Below are positions 63,055 to 64,000 of a DNA stretch of 64,000 bases, piece after piece. The DNA is taken from the NCBI GenBank assembly GCA_038845975.1, contig JAWBQF010000002.1, positions 1-64,000 on the forward strand, read 5' to 3'. The notes under the pieces were generated by a model, which worked only from the letters and a program-made list of their open reading frames with translations, did not search any database and had not been told where the DNA came from. Source of the DNA: Candidatus Methanomethylicia archaeon (GTDB lineage: Archaea > Thermoproteota > Methanomethylicia > CALHIW01). Position numbers and translations under genes: made by a program. Positions within the stretch are counted from its first letter, which is position 1, and each line of letters starts with the position of its first letter.

Positions 63055-63100
63055 TCTTGTTAACTTAGCTATTAATTACATAATCTAAAGTTCACGGAAC
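63055..63100. mobile_element. Shortened mini element, family B, abutting the IS6 at 63108
   Basis: GTCTTGTTAACTTAGC...TCTAAAGTTCACGGAAC. Confidence 0.55.
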
Positions 63101-63107
63101 AATAAAT

Positions 63108-63773
63108 GGCTTTGTTAACTTAAGCATGTTTATTACCTCTATTTTTAGTATTGTATTTTCTATTAATTCTTAGCTTTACCTTCTTATCAATCCATATTCG
63201 TTTAGTAGTATACTATTAAGTATTAATACATGTTCATTATCGCATTTATCCTTCATACACAGTATGTAATTATTGAATATCTAGTTCTATCCTTAATGTA
63301 TAATCCCCTATTAATTCTATTAAGCTATACTATGTTTAATTAAGCATGATGCTTGTAGTAATGAGTATAATTTAATACAATTACATTAACCGTAGATAGC
63401 TTTAATCTTCTAGGAATGTTAGTGATGTAAGCATATTTACAGCATTACGGAGACATGTATAGAATGTAATTATCGAATCCTCCTTAATAATGGCTTAAAA
63501 TCAACATAACAATCTTCCTCATAAACCTACAATTATAATAGTATCATCAACCATAACAATCCTAACATATTTCTATCGAATTCAAAAAAGACTTAAACCT
63601 AATATAGATACATAACTTCTATTAACAGTAAAAACTTAGAATATCTAAAGCCATCCTAGACGAATGAAAATATGTAAGCACCATAAAAACTAAATTAAAT
63701 GTGGTTCTCTCCTTTTTCCGTTTGATACTATAAATAAGAGAGAACCTTAAATAAAGCTAAGGTTAACAAAGCC
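63108..63773 (-). mobile_element. Full-length decayed IS6 family A element (666 bp)
   Basis: TIRs GGCTTTGTTAAC / GTTAACAAAGCC. Flanks CAATAAAT / TGATAAAT. Minus-strand relic YVRIVMVDDTIIIVG. Confidence 0.85.
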
Positions 63774-63817
63774 TGATAAATTTTGGAAAGACTTATATAT
63801 TTCGAAAATATAACACA

Positions 63818-64000
63818 GTGATAAAGGTGTCTACAGCAAATATTAAGTATGAAGATAAGGTTGAAATACTTAGTCATCCATGCCTCTCAGATAAGGCGCA
63901 TTTTAAGTATTCACGTGTCCACTTGCCTTTAGCTGTTAAGTGTAATATTCAATGTAATTATTGTAGAAGAGGAATTAATAAGAGTATTATTAGACCTGGA
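63818..64000 (+). CDS. NifB-like radical SAM protein (5' part, truncated by window end)
   Basis: Manual translation HPCLSDKAHFKYSRVHLPLAVKCNIQCNYCRRGINKSIIRPG (HPC, RxHLP, CxxxCxxC, RPG). Confidence 0.85.
   Translation, partial: MIKVSTANIKYEDKVEILSHPCLSDKAHFKYSRVHLPLAVKCNIQCNYCRRGINKSIIRPG

Noticed and set aside
1-64000. CRISPR array, tRNA or rRNA
   Set aside because: No regularly spaced repeats or GC-rich structured RNA tracts seen by eye. A covariance-model scan would be needed to exclude small RNAs.

Overview
AT-rich archaeal chromosome segment. It has BRE/TATA promoters, prefoldin alpha, LysW, a PaREP1 relic and HdrABC, and is Thermoproteota-like by inference. Two things dominate. (1) A pyrrolysine-free methylotrophy and amino-acid catabolism region: six MttB-superfamily methyltransferases, one Pyl-free MtmB homolog, two corrinoid proteins and a MetE-like core enzyme. 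These are interleaved with Liv-type ABC importers, a proline racemase-family enzyme, a cyclodeaminase, a class III aminotransferase with an MMSDH-like dehydrogenase, a LarA-like protein, Etf/acyl-CoA dehydrogenase and HdrABC. (2) Intergenic DNA packed with decayed IS6-family elements and ~60-235 bp miniature derivatives of at least four end types. Their ends repeatedly sit 18-20 bp upstream of the first base of a gene's TATA box, just outside the BRE, and in places they are stacked at the same site. This suggests promoter-directed (TBP/TFB-tethered) integration. No rRNA, tRNA or CRISPR array was seen. All assignments come from manual motif reading without database searches.
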